A stretch of DNA of 64,000 nt from an uncultured Gammaproteobacteria bacterium (GTDB lineage Bacteria > Pseudomonadota > Gammaproteobacteria > JASBUN01), in NCBI GenBank assembly GCA_963773585.1, contig CAVZBR010000001.1, forward strand, positions 366,298-430,297. The letters run 5' to 3'. Numbering within the stretch: the first letter of the stretch is position 1; the number at the start of each line of letters is the position of its first letter. The notes below the pieces were generated by a model, which was not told the DNA's origin, made no database searches, and saw nothing but the letters and a program-made list of their open reading frames with translations. Made by a program: the position numbers and the translations under genes. This document shows positions 27,507-36,799 of the stretch, in pieces.

Positions 27507-29471
27507 TCACCGTGGTGGTTGGATGTCGTAGCGCTTCATCTTGCGGTAGAGCGTATTACGGCTTAGGTTGAGTGCGCGCGCGACCTTCGCCACGTTCCAG
27601 CGCATCGTCTCAAGTTCATGCAGGAGCGCCGCGCGCTCGGCTTTTGCAAGCGGATCGCATGTGTGGGGCAGGGACGCGCCTTCCCCCGCCGCTGGCAACG
27701 TGGCAATTCTGCCCCTGCGGAACTCGTCGGGCAGGTCATCAACCTCGATGATCGTACGTTCGGACAGGGCCACTAGGGTGCGCAGCGTGTTGCAAAGTTG
27801 GCGTATGTTCCCCGGCCACTCGTATTGGCAAAGTAGATCGAGCGCTTCGTCACTTAGCTGGACATTTGGGCCATCGCGTGTTTCTTGTCGAACGATTTCG
27901 TGTATCAGTGTCCGACAGTCGCGGCGTTCGCGCAAAGGGGGAATGGTGATCGCGACACCGTGCAACCGGTAATAAAGATCGTCTCTAAAGTGGCCCTCGG
28001 CACTCAGCTGGGTAAGATTTTGGTGCGTGGCACTGATTACCGCGATGTCCACCTTTTCAGGAGTCTCCCCGCCAAGCGGAACCACCTCCTTTTCTTCCAG
28101 GACACGCAGCAAGCGCGCCTGCAGATGCAGGGGCATGTCGCCAATCTCGTCCAGGAACAAAGTGCCGCCATCAGCTTGTAGTATCTTTCCACGGCTGCCG
28201 CGCCGGTTTGCGCCAGTGAAGGCGCCGGGACGGTAGCCGAAGAGTTCGCTTTCAATCAGCGTCTCGGGGATTGAGGCGCAATTGACCGCGACGAAAGGTT
28301 TCGTGGCGCGCTCGCCGGCATCGTGAAAGGCTTTAGCGAAAACCCCTTTTCCGGTTCCGGTCTCACCGTACAGCAGCAACGGAATATTGCGATTCAACAG
28401 CTTGTGCGCGCGATGAATATTGCGCGCCATGGTCGGGTCTCCGAGATCAAGACGACTCAGGCGGCTGTGATCTGGAGCCGTACTACCGTCGGAGTTCGGC
28501 GTCGGGCGCGGCCTAATGGAAACGATTTTTCGAGTAACCTCCTCGGCGTGGGCGGGTAGTTGCACTACGGCGAAGAATCGTCTGCCATCAACGGCTCCGT
28601 GCAACGGCATAGGATGAAAACAATGCTTGCGAGCACTCTTGATCAGGGTGTTCATTGAGCCGTCGAATACCTTCTCGACCGGGCAGCCGATCAGGTTGTC
28701 CAAGCGTATACCGAGCTGAAACAGCGCGCTGCGGTTCGCGCCACAGATGATGCCGGTTTCGTCGAGGGCGATAGCGCCTTCGCCCAGTGTACTGACAAAC
28801 TCCGGGCGCGAATGGAATCGGATCAAGAAATGTTCCCGGAAGGCAGCCAAGAACATGCGATTCTCAATCGTTTGCGCCGCCATGTTGACCAATACTATGG
28901 TGTGTTGCTGTGCCAGGCGCGATTCGGATGAGGCGTCGAGCACCGCCATCATTTCTCCACTGGGGCCCCGGATCGGTGCCGCGGAACATGTCAACCCGGT
29001 GTGGCGGCTGAGGAAGTGCTCGTGCTGATGTACGACCAGCGGCTTCTTCATGGCGATGCAAGTCCCCATGCCGTTGGTGCCTTGAGCGGCCTCACTCCAG
29101 ACCGAGCCGTTGTGCAGCCCGCTGCGCATCGCCGCGTCGGTGAACTGTGGATCTCCGACGTAGTTCAAGATCACCCCGTCCATGTCGGTGAGCAGAATGG
29201 CGTATCCGGATCCAGCGACCTGTTGATAGAGGCTGGTCATCTCGGATTTGGCGAATTCAAGCAAGGGCGCCAGCTGCTCCTGGCGCTGCCGTAAATCGGT
29301 CCTTTCGACTACCGCTGGCTCTGCTCGGCGAACAGGGTCAAGCTGATAGTCGATTAGGCATCGACGCCAGGAGCGGGCCACCTCAGGAGAAACATCATTC
29401 GTGATCGCATCGGGCTTTTCCACGACCGACTGAACCAGTCGGGCATGTTCGGACGCTGTCGAATCGCGCAT
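27507..29471 (-). CDS. sigma-54-dependent transcriptional activator, AcoR-type, copy B
   Basis: 654 aa with the same architecture as copy A. The N-terminal roughly 290 aa are near-identical to copy A. The AAA+/HTH part is about 80-85% identical at the protein level, with many synonymous differences. Confidence 0.85.
   Translation of the reverse strand: MRDSTASEHARLVQSVVEKPDAITNDVSPEVARSWRRCLIDYQLDPVRRAEPAVVERTDLRQRQEQLAPLLEFAKSEMTSLYQQVAGSGYAILLTDMDGVILNYVGDPQFTDAAMRSGLHNGSVWSEAAQGTNGMGTCIAMKKPLVVHQHEHFLSRHTGLTCSAAPIRGPSGEMMAVLDASSESRLAQQHTIVLVNMAAQTIENRMFLAAFREHFLIRFHSRPEFVSTLGEGAIALDETGIICGANRSALFQLGIRLDNLIGCPVEKVFDGSMNTLIKSARKHCFHPMPLHGAVDGRRFFAVVQLPAHAEEVTRKIVSIRPRPTPNSDGSTAPDHSRLSRLDLGDPTMARNIHRAHKLLNRNIPLLLYGETGTGKGVFAKAFHDAGERATKPFVAVNCASIPETLIESELFGYRPGAFTGANRRGSRGKILQADGGTLFLDEIGDMPLHLQARLLRVLEEKEVVPLGGETPEKVDIAVISATHQNLTQLSAEGHFRDDLYYRLHGVAITIPPLRERRDCRTLIHEIVRQETRDGPNVQLSDEALDLLCQYEWPGNIRQLCNTLRTLVALSERTIIEVDDLPDEFRRGRIATLPAAGEGASLPHTCDPLAKAERAALLHELETMRWNVAKVARALNLSRNTLYRKMKRYDIQPPR
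28607..29415. repeat. inverted copy of 23515..24310
   Basis: See the partner repeat. Identity ends abruptly at ..cgcaagcat (24308 / 28611). Confidence 0.8.
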
Positions 29472-29799
29472 CGAGAATTCCCCCCTTCCGAGAGTGGAAC
29501 CGGCATTCTAGTTCTATAGCCACATGACCATACGTTCGGTGCGATGTCAAGCACCGCTGGTGACCTGATCGGCGGGAAATTTTCTCCGGAGATGTCCTCT
29601 GCCTTCAGTGAAAACTACGGAACGATGCCGGGAAAACGCTTCCAAGTACGTATCTTAAAGGCCAGTCTTGTACGCTCTGCCAGGCGCCCTTGTCTCCGCA
29701 GCTTGTCCCACGTGTTCTTGCGCTTTCAGCGGCGTTTGATTGACGCTGCTGTCCTTCACCGTTTTTTGCTGCAATGGGAGCGAGGCTCTGATATAAAAT

Positions 29800-29817
29800 C
29801 TAGAATACGGCTTCTAG
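29800..29817. promoter_or_regulatory. palindromic operator-like site CTAGAA-N6-TTCTAG upstream of the tetR-family gene
   Basis: Perfect 6-bp inverted repeat 14 nt upstream of ATG 29832. Adjacent tataaaat -10-like hexamer at 29792-29799. Confidence 0.45.
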
Positions 29818-29831
29818 TAGGATGAACGCAC

Positions 29832-30422
29832 ATGGGCATGGCGAGCGCAAAACAACGCAGGCCGAACACGCAGGATTTGATCCTGAATGCGGCTTTGCAT
29901 CTATTCACAGAGAGGGGTTACTTCAACACTTCGGTGCAGGATGTCGCGCGGGTCTCGGGCGCGAGCATCGGTTCCATTTATCACCACTTCAAAGACAAAG
30001 AAGATATCGCCCGCGCGCTGTATCAACATCACCTGGACTTCATGTCGGAAGCGATCGAAACGATCATCATTCGTCATGGCAGCGTGCAGGAGCGTTGTCG
30101 TGCAATTATGGCGATGTTATTCGAATTTACCGAGCGGCAACCGGCAGCGATGGCATTCATGCTCTATGCAAAGCACCGGGAGTTCCTGCCGGGCGCCCGG
30201 CCCGTGTGCTCATCGCGACCGTTCGAGCTCATGCGCAAGATCGTGGCCATGGGTATTGAAACCGGTGAGATTCGGGCGTTAGATCCGGTGATCGCTTCAT
30301 CTGCGATGTTCGGGGGTGCGCTGCGCCTCATCGCCGCGCGACTGGACGATGTTATCGATTGGCCGCTCGACGAACGCATCGACGAGGTGTGGTCATGCGC
30401 ATGGCGAGGAATAGAAGCCTGA
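29832..30422 (+). CDS. TetR/AcrR-family transcriptional regulator
   Basis: N-terminal HTH ..LILNAALHLFTERGYFNTSVQDVARVSGASIGSIYHHFKDKEDI.. 196 aa. Confidence 0.85.
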   Translation: MGMASAKQRRPNTQDLILNAALHLFTERGYFNTSVQDVARVSGASIGSIYHHFKDKEDIARALYQHHLDFMSEAIETIIIRHGSVQERCRAIMAMLFEFTERQPAAMAFMLYAKHREFLPGARPVCSSRPFELMRKIVAMGIETGEIRALDPVIASSAMFGGALRLIAARLDDVIDWPLDERIDEVWSCAWRGIEA

Positions 30423-30460
30423 TCCGCGAAAATGGCGCTATTCGGCCTATCTCTCCCGAT

Positions 30461-30988
30461 TCAGTTGTTAACGATGATTTTCTTGAGTTCGCGCCTGAAG
30501 TCCGCATCGTCCCAATCGCGTCCGCCATTGATTCTGTGTGTAATCCGGCCATTTTCGTCGATCAGAAACGTAGTAGGTAACCCGAGGACCTTCCAGCGTT
30601 CAATGGCGTTTGAATCCTGATCGAGCAATACGGGGAACTTGATGTCGAAGTTCTCCAGAAACGGGGCTACGGTGTCCCAGTTTTCCCCGACGTTGACGGC
30701 GAGGATCTCGAGTCCATCATTGTGCAACGCGTGGTAGGTATGCTGCATGGACGGTAGTTCTTTTCTGCACGGCGGGCACCATGTTGCCCAGAAATTGACT
30801 GCTACGACCTTGCCTTTGTAGTCGGATAAACGTTGCTGCTTGCCATCCAGGTCCTGCAGTACGAGCTCGGGTGCGTCGACGTTCGGTACGGCGGGTTGAA
30901 TCGTCTGCGGTGCACTGATCGACTTTGTCAGCGGCAGAGCGGCAAGTACTGCGGCGAGGCCGAGTACCGTCAAGCGTCGTCCAAGCAT
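30461..30988 (-). CDS. TlpA/ResA-like periplasmic thioredoxin-family protein
   Basis: Signal peptide. WATWCPPC motif. 175 aa. Confidence 0.8.
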   Translation of the reverse strand: MLGRRLTVLGLAAVLAALPLTKSISAPQTIQPAVPNVDAPELVLQDLDGKQQRLSDYKGKVVAVNFWATWCPPCRKELPSMQHTYHALHNDGLEILAVNVGENWDTVAPFLENFDIKFPVLLDQDSNAIERWKVLGLPTTFLIDENGRITHRINGGRDWDDADFRRELKKIIVNN

Positions 30989-30998
30989 GGGATTCTCC

Positions 30999-31652
30999 TT
31001 ATTTTATGAGCGTTCGATCGCGCGCGCATTGCAGATTACGCGCCATTGCCGTGTGCTGTTTACCGCCCTCGCGCCAGTGAATCACCAGATCGAATTTTGA
31101 CGTTGGCGGCACTTCGGCGGCGATCATGCCCTGGAACCAGTCTCCAGGAGCGTGATGCTGTACCGTGGGAAACTGCGACCATCGAAACGCGATGCGCGCG
31201 GTTTTCGAGACGCCGGAGGTTTTCCAACGGTCCAGCCATTGCTCGGTGAGCGTCAGCGGCCGTGTCGTACCATTTGCGCGGACTTTCCAGTCTTTCAGAT
31301 CGATCGAAAGCTCATGGTCTTGGCTACCATTTTTGACAATAGTCTGAAAGACGCAGGCAGTTGCGTAGCGGTCAGCCGTTTCTGCAGAGAAACCGCGGGC
31401 TAGATAAAAGGATCGGGTCTGGTCCGGGACCCGTTGAATGAACTCAAAGGTGACCCCGCTGGGGGCTTCGAGTGTCCAGTGATAGCTGCCGACGGCATCT
31501 TGCTGTTGGCTGCGGGTTTGCACCATGGGCGTATTGGCGTGCACCTCCGATATGACAAACATCTGAAATGCACACCATAGCGCCACCAGGGTCTTCACGG
31601 GCACACGAAATCGCTCGGCATGCCGGACGTTTCGTGACTGAAGCATAAACAT
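30999..31652 (-). CDS. secreted hypothetical protein
   Basis: 217 aa with an N-terminal hydrophobic signal-like segment. No recognisable family. Co-oriented and tightly spaced with its flanking genes. Confidence 0.45.
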   Translation of the reverse strand: MFMLQSRNVRHAERFRVPVKTLVALWCAFQMFVISEVHANTPMVQTRSQQQDAVGSYHWTLEAPSGVTFEFIQRVPDQTRSFYLARGFSAETADRYATACVFQTIVKNGSQDHELSIDLKDWKVRANGTTRPLTLTEQWLDRWKTSGVSKTARIAFRWSQFPTVQHHAPGDWFQGMIAAEVPPTSKFDLVIHWREGGKQHTAMARNLQCARDRTLIK

Positions 31653-31686
31653 GCGCGACGTTCCGTTTGTTTCTTGGCTTTCGATT

Positions 31687-32199
31687 CTAGCGTACCGGGA
31701 TCAGCGCATAGCCACGGTTTTGGTAACCCATGAGCGATATCCAGCTGTTTCCAACAACCTTTACGCCAGGATGTATCGTGTCGGGTTGGACGTGCAACAT
31801 CTTGGCGGCGACTCCGCACTGTTCGAGCGTGACATTGTTCATCTTGGACAGCTTGTCCAACACTTGTCCTATCTGGACTGAGACTTGCTTCTGCTCCGGG
31901 TTCAGTGCACTTCGATCCGTTGATATATACGGGGTCGCGGGGCCCCGGAATGCCAGCACGAATACCGGTTTGACGCCTTGCGACTGCACCGATTCCGCGG
32001 TTTCGGCTATCAAGTTGAGGTAAAACTTGAGTTTCTGCGGGTTTCCTGTGGTGATGTCAAAAACGGCGTGCGTTTCCGTCAGGCGGGTAAGTGCAGCGTG
32101 ATCATCTGCGGGAGCGTTCGCTGCCGATATGGTATGTACGAAACTTAAGCACGCCAACGCTACCACCGTATGGACGTATCGGATGGGCGATCGAAACAT
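31687..32199 (-). CDS. DsrE/DsrF/YchN-like (COG1416) periplasmic protein
   Basis: Signal peptide ..LACLSFVHTISA. C-terminal ..LEQCGVAAKMLHV..GVKVVGNSWISLMGYQNRGYALIPV resembles the COG1416 DsrE-like C-terminus. Confidence 0.5.
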   Translation of the reverse strand: MFRSPIRYVHTVVALACLSFVHTISAANAPADDHAALTRLTETHAVFDITTGNPQKLKFYLNLIAETAESVQSQGVKPVFVLAFRGPATPYISTDRSALNPEQKQVSVQIGQVLDKLSKMNNVTLEQCGVAAKMLHVQPDTIHPGVKVVGNSWISLMGYQNRGYALIPVR

Positions 32200-32794
32200 G
32201 GTGGCACCTCCAGAGGCTTATATTATTTTTGTGTACTAAAGGTCGAGCAATATCCGTGCCTGACGGGCGCGTTGGGGCTCGAGTGCCACGGGTAAGGCCG
32301 ATCGCCGGGCGCGTGCTGGAATTGCCGTTTTGGGTGTGCGTGTCAGCGGTCGCTAGGCGTTGCACGCATGTGTCGTTGTGTCCTATGAATGGCACATATC
32401 TCGCGTGACGCCGCGCCCGCAACAGTGGTGTCGGATGCTACTTGGACGGTTGCGCTATACGTCAGACGCGAAGCTGTAAGAGCGCTGGAACCGGCGCCAG
32501 CGCTATGGGTTCATCGATCGCGCAGCAAACGATTCGCACGAATGGTACCGGATGGCGAAAGAAGGGCCTTCCGGCACCAGGCCTGTCCCTATGCGACTCC
32601 TTGGGTGCAGGCATGGTCTGATTCGCAGCCCTCATCAGGCTGTATTTTCCCGGTCGTGTTCCACCGGCAGACTCTCTCGTTCCCACTCTGGATACCCATC
32701 GTGGAGGCGAGTGGCCTGACGGCCGTGGGCGCAAAGTGCGGCGACCGCATAATACTGGCTTCAGACTCTTCATCCCGGGCATCGGAGTAGAATT

Positions 32795-33010
32795 ATGGAC
32801 GGACCGACGGTCGGTAAGCTGGCAAAGCAGACCGGTGTGGCGGTCGAGACGCTACACTACTACGAGCGACGCGACCTGCTGCCCAGCGCAGCGCTTCGGG
32901 CTATCGCCTGTTCAAGCCGGACACGGCAGGACGCGGGTGGGGGTATTGCTCCATTCATCGCCGGTGCAAACTGCTGCATTGCTCTACACTGGCACGGCAA
33001 GGAGGAGTCA
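32795..33010 (+). pseudogene. remnant of MerR-family regulator (N-terminal HTH only, frameshifted, truncated by glgC)
   Basis: MDGPTVGKLAKQTGVAVETLHYYERRDLLP matches the MerR HTH. After a frameshift near 32890 the +2 frame reads ..RSASGYRLFKPD.. (the MerR ..SGYRLY.. signature) then terminates. Confidence 0.45.
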
Positions 33011-33011
33011 C

Positions 33012-34280
33012 ATGAAGGAGCGCAGACACGCCGAGCGCGTTGTTGCTTTTGTCATGGCGGGCGGCGAAGGTTCGCGCCTGCGGCCATTGACACTGGAGAG
33101 ATGCAAACCCGCGGTGCCGTTTGGCGCGCGCTATCGCATCGTCGATTTTGTCCTCAGTAACCTGGTCAATTCGGGCATTCGCTCGATTTACTTGTTGGTG
33201 CAGTACAAACCCCAGTCTCTGATCGAGCACGTGCGCAAAGCGTGGGTGGTGTCGCCGTTGCTACCGGACCAATTCGTAACCGTGGTGCCGCCGCAAATGC
33301 ACGAAGGCGCTTGGGCCTTTCAGGGTACTGCCGACGCGGTTTATCAAAGTCTGCGGCTGATTGAAATGCACCGCGCCGATATGGTGGTGGTGTTCGGCGC
33401 CGACCACGTGTACCGCATGGATGTGCGGCAAATGATTTGGCATCACCGTGAACACGGGGCCGATGTCACCGTGGCGGCGTTGCCCGTACCGTTACAGCAA
33501 GCCTCGGACTTCGGTGTGCTGGTCACGGATGACAACGGCCGTATCCGCGAATTCCAGGAAAAGCCGGACCAGCCCAAATCCATGCCTACCGACCCGACGC
33601 GGGCCTATGCGTCGATGGGCAATTATTTGTTCAACGCCGATGTTCTGGTGGAGGCCCTGCGCGAGGCGCAGGATAGCGGCGAAACCGATTTCGGCCACCA
33701 TGTGTTGCCCCGACTGGCAGCGACACACGACGTATTCGCCTACGACTTCGCCACCAACGATGTTCCGGGCATCAAAGAATACGAAGAGCCCGCATACTGG
33801 CGCGACGTCGGCAGCGTTGACGCCTATTTCGATGCGCACGGGGACGTACTCGGAGAACAACCGCGTTTCGATGCTTTCAATCCTCAATGGCCTATTTTTT
33901 CCAGCAATTATCAAGGACCGACGGCAAAGATTCTGGGCGGCGAAATCGAAAACAGCTTGTTCGGTGCGGCATGCATCGTCGAACGGGGCGCGCGATTGCG
34001 CAATTGTATCGTGCGTCGGGAGGCGGTGATCAGGGCCGGCGCGGAACTCGAAGACTGCGTAGTCATGGATTACACCTGCGTCGGGGAGAATGCAAAGCTG
34101 CGCAACGCCATAGTCGATCGCCACAATCATATTCCTAATGGGGCCGTGATCGGCCATGATCGAGGCGACGACCAAAGCAGGTTCACGGTCACGCCCGGCG
34201 GCCGGGTGGTGGTGCCCCGCGGGCTTGAAACGTTCTTCGCCCGTGATTCCCGCGGGGCCGGGACCGGCTACAATGAGTAG
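33012..34280 (+). CDS. glgC: glucose-1-phosphate adenylyltransferase
   Basis: GGAGGA RBS at 33001-33006, ATG 33012. VMAGGEGSRLRPLTLERCKPAVPFGARYRIVDFVLSNLVNSGI is the GlgC signature. 422 aa. Confidence 0.9.
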   Translation: MKERRHAERVVAFVMAGGEGSRLRPLTLERCKPAVPFGARYRIVDFVLSNLVNSGIRSIYLLVQYKPQSLIEHVRKAWVVSPLLPDQFVTVVPPQMHEGAWAFQGTADAVYQSLRLIEMHRADMVVVFGADHVYRMDVRQMIWHHREHGADVTVAALPVPLQQASDFGVLVTDDNGRIREFQEKPDQPKSMPTDPTRAYASMGNYLFNADVLVEALREAQDSGETDFGHHVLPRLAATHDVFAYDFATNDVPGIKEYEEPAYWRDVGSVDAYFDAHGDVLGEQPRFDAFNPQWPIFSSNYQGPTAKILGGEIENSLFGAACIVERGARLRNCIVRREAVIRAGAELEDCVVMDYTCVGENAKLRNAIVDRHNHIPNGAVIGHDRGDDQSRFTVTPGGRVVVPRGLETFFARDSRGAGTGYNE

Positions 34281-34337
34281 CGCGAGAGGTCTGCAGTCGG
34301 AGCAATTGTTGATCCATCCGCGCATGGAAAGTCGAGG

Positions 34338-34478
34338 ATGAAACGGTCCAAGCAAAATACACAGCCGGGCGGTCGCTTCATCGGCGGTATGAGCCGCTTG
34401 ATGGTGTCGCTGATGTGGGGGATCTTATTGGTCGTGGTGATTGCGGTGGTGATCCTGGCAACGCGGTTCTACGCGTAA
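34338..34478 (+). CDS. small single-TM membrane protein
   Basis: 46 aa (MKRSKQNTQPGGRFIGGMSRLMVSLMWGILLVVVIAVVILATRFYA). GAGG RBS. Not in the ORF track. Confidence 0.35.
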   Translation: MKRSKQNTQPGGRFIGGMSRLMVSLMWGILLVVVIAVVILATRFYA

Positions 34479-34481
34479 CGT

Positions 34482-35600
34482 TTACAGCGATTCACCCCCG
34501 ATGCGCGAACTGAAACTGAACGCCGGACCCAGCAAGGCGGCCACTGCAGCACATTCGATTCCGAACGGCAGATAGCCGGCATAACCCAGCAGCGGCATTT
34601 CGAATATCGTGTAGCGATGCACGTAGGGAATGCTGTAGATCCATTTGGCGCCGGCGTAGAAGTTCCACATCTCCCAGAACACGCCGCATTGCAGCGCTGC
34701 GAGCGCCGGCAGGTAGAGTTCCCGCCAGTCGCCGCGCGCCAGACCCTGCAAAATGGTCGGTTCTCCCGCGCTGCCTTGTAGTCCCAGCAGCAACAGCAAT
34801 GGCGCAACCCACAGCAGGCTGTAGAGTTCGTTCGGCCATACTCCTACGACGGCCAACGCGCCGCTTGCGGCTACCAGCGCCGCGGCCGCCATGGCGCGGC
34901 CTGACGGCCGCCGCACGTGCAGCGTTGCGCCACTGGACCCGGGCAGTAGCAGCGCATACAACCATTCGCTGGTACTGACCACCGCCGGCAGTACCGTTGC
35001 GTAGGCGAGGCTGGCGTGGAGCACGTAGGCAGCGCCGCTGAGATCGGTGATTCCCACGTAATGCCAGTTTTCGACGAAGCGGTTGAGATATTCGAAATAC
35101 CACCAGAACAGCGCGCTCAGCGGAAACAGTCCGAAAAAAAATCGCGGCCTCTGTACCAGCGGTGCGTGCCCGCCCAAAGCGTGGGTCATACCGTTGATGC
35201 TGATCACGTAGCCGAGCCATAGCGGCGGGAATATGAATTGCCGGATCGGAGCGAGCCACGGGATGTCGCTCCAGGCGATCGTCCAGCTGCCAAAAGTCAG
35301 CAACAACCCGAGCCAGCCCCACCACGGGAAGCGGCGTTGCGCCGCCGCTGGGTCGCGCCTGGCGAGTCCTTTGCCGAGCAGCGTGGTCGGGATTGCCAGC
35401 GCCACCGCTGCCAGCACGCTCAGAAAAGCGAACGCGGCCGGAGAAAACCCGGCGTGCCGCACCAGGCCGTGAACGGGTGGCATGTGTAGATAGGGCGCCG
35501 GCGATATCCCCGCGATCAGCAGGCCCAGTAAAGGCAGCGCGAGCAGGAGTACGCTCAACATCGCGAGTTTGGGCAGCAGCCGTGTCATCCGGCTCAGCAT
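34482..35600 (-). CDS. polytopic integral membrane protein, unknown function
   Basis: 372 aa with about 10 predicted TM segments, rich in Trp, Tyr and Leu. No recognised motif. Alternative-frame ORFs on the same strand were rejected. Confidence 0.55.
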   Translation of the reverse strand: MLSRMTRLLPKLAMLSVLLLALPLLGLLIAGISPAPYLHMPPVHGLVRHAGFSPAAFAFLSVLAAVALAIPTTLLGKGLARRDPAAAQRRFPWWGWLGLLLTFGSWTIAWSDIPWLAPIRQFIFPPLWLGYVISINGMTHALGGHAPLVQRPRFFFGLFPLSALFWWYFEYLNRFVENWHYVGITDLSGAAYVLHASLAYATVLPAVVSTSEWLYALLLPGSSGATLHVRRPSGRAMAAAALVAASGALAVVGVWPNELYSLLWVAPLLLLLGLQGSAGEPTILQGLARGDWRELYLPALAALQCGVFWEMWNFYAGAKWIYSIPYVHRYTIFEMPLLGYAGYLPFGIECAAVAALLGPAFSFSSRIGGESL

Positions 35601-35967
35601 GGTTGCAACGGCTGGCTGTTCAAACGCCGGGCCATAGCGGCGTTGTACTAAAGTTTCCCATGGCGGATGTCGTCAACATGTTTAGGCGTCAAGAGGAGGG
35701 CTTTCGCATGCACTATGTGTATCCCGAACCAGACGACGTAGGCGTGGAAATCCCGCCGAATCTCATCGAGGCGCGCTTCCGATCAGGATTTCTGCACGCG
35801 CTGCAGGGCGGCCAGATCACGCGCGCCGAGCAGTTGCGGAAATCGTTTCGCTTCGGTTTCCGGGCCGGCAAATTGCTTTGCCGCGATCTGCGCCGGCGTC
35901 AAGGCGTGAGCAATTTTCCGATGCAAGGGCGCGTACGAATCCGCACGCCACGCTAAGGCGGGCGGTA

Positions 35968-36543
35968 TCAGTCGTCCTCGGAGGACTCGTCGCGCAACAC
36001 GGGTGCCGCGCTGAGCCGTTGCGCGGGTAGCGCCACATATTGCCGCGGCCCGACGCCGAGCGCAGCCTCACCGGTATTGATGGGGCGGCGTCCTCGCTTG
36101 GGGCGCATCAAAACGACTTCGCTGGGGCGGGTGATGTCGATGTCGTGTTGCGTCAGCAAGTTACGGTGACGCCGATACACTTCTTCACCCTCGCGCCGCA
36201 GAAGGGCCGGAACGTCTTTGCCGCGCAGCCAATTGTATGCACTGCGGCGATAGGGCTGCGGAATCTCCATGATGCGCTCGATGAGTCGGTGCAGTCCCTC
36301 GCTGGCACCCGTTTCGCGGCTTTCCCGACTGCACAACTGGATCAGCCAGCGGTAACTTCCGGTATCGTGTTCCGCTGTATAACGCTCCGCTTGTTCCAGC
36401 GTGTCGAAGCGCAATGCGGAAGTCAGGGGGCCGAGCGCCCCGCCCGGATTGACGAAGCCGCCGGCGGCGCGGTCGTCTCCCCGCGGCACCCGGTCGCGCG
36501 ACTCCGCGCGCAGGATGTAGAATTCCTCGATATCGCTGCTCAT
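35968..36543 (-). CDS. hypothetical protein
   Basis: Internal ATG MSSDIEEFYIL.. at 36543. 191 aa. No recognised domain. Confidence 0.35.
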   Translation of the reverse strand: MSSDIEEFYILRAESRDRVPRGDDRAAGGFVNPGGALGPLTSALRFDTLEQAERYTAEHDTGSYRWLIQLCSRESRETGASEGLHRLIERIMEIPQPYRRSAYNWLRGKDVPALLRREGEEVYRRHRNLLTQHDIDITRPSEVVLMRPKRGRRPINTGEAALGVGPRQYVALPAQRLSAAPVLRDESSEDD

Positions 36544-36677
36544 AACTCTCAGTTGCACATAGTTTTTTTCAGGGATTTGGCTACGAAGACCAATTTTCCT
36601 ATAATAACGAGTCCTTCCGTCGGCGCATTCCACCCCGCGCCTCGTAAATGTCCTCACCAGAATAAATGTTGATTGTT

Positions 36678-36706
36678 TTGCTCAGGTATATAAAATAGCT
36701 GAGCAA
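36678..36706. promoter_or_regulatory. perfect 8-bp inverted repeat TTGCTCAG-N13-CTGAGCAA upstream of sufB
   Basis: ttgctcag(36678-85)-gtatataaaatag-ctgagcaa(36699-706). Contains a tataaaat -10-like hexamer. Sits about 95 bp upstream of sufB ATG 36800. Confidence 0.45.
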
Positions 36707-36799
36707 TGAAGTCGGGTATAGCCCGCAAGCGCGTTCCGACGCGATCTGCATGGTTTTCCAGGTTGGCGACCCGCCGCCTGCACAGGTTGGAGTGATTTC

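Noticed and set aside
32736-33011. N-terminal 92-codon extension of the glgC ORF in the ORF track
   Set aside because: The extension has no coding character. A GGAGGA RBS precedes ATG 33012, where homology to GlgC begins (MKERRHAERVVAFVMAGGEGSRL).
33492-34355. 287-aa minus-strand ORF antisense to glgC
   Set aside because: Antisense to an unambiguous GlgC gene.
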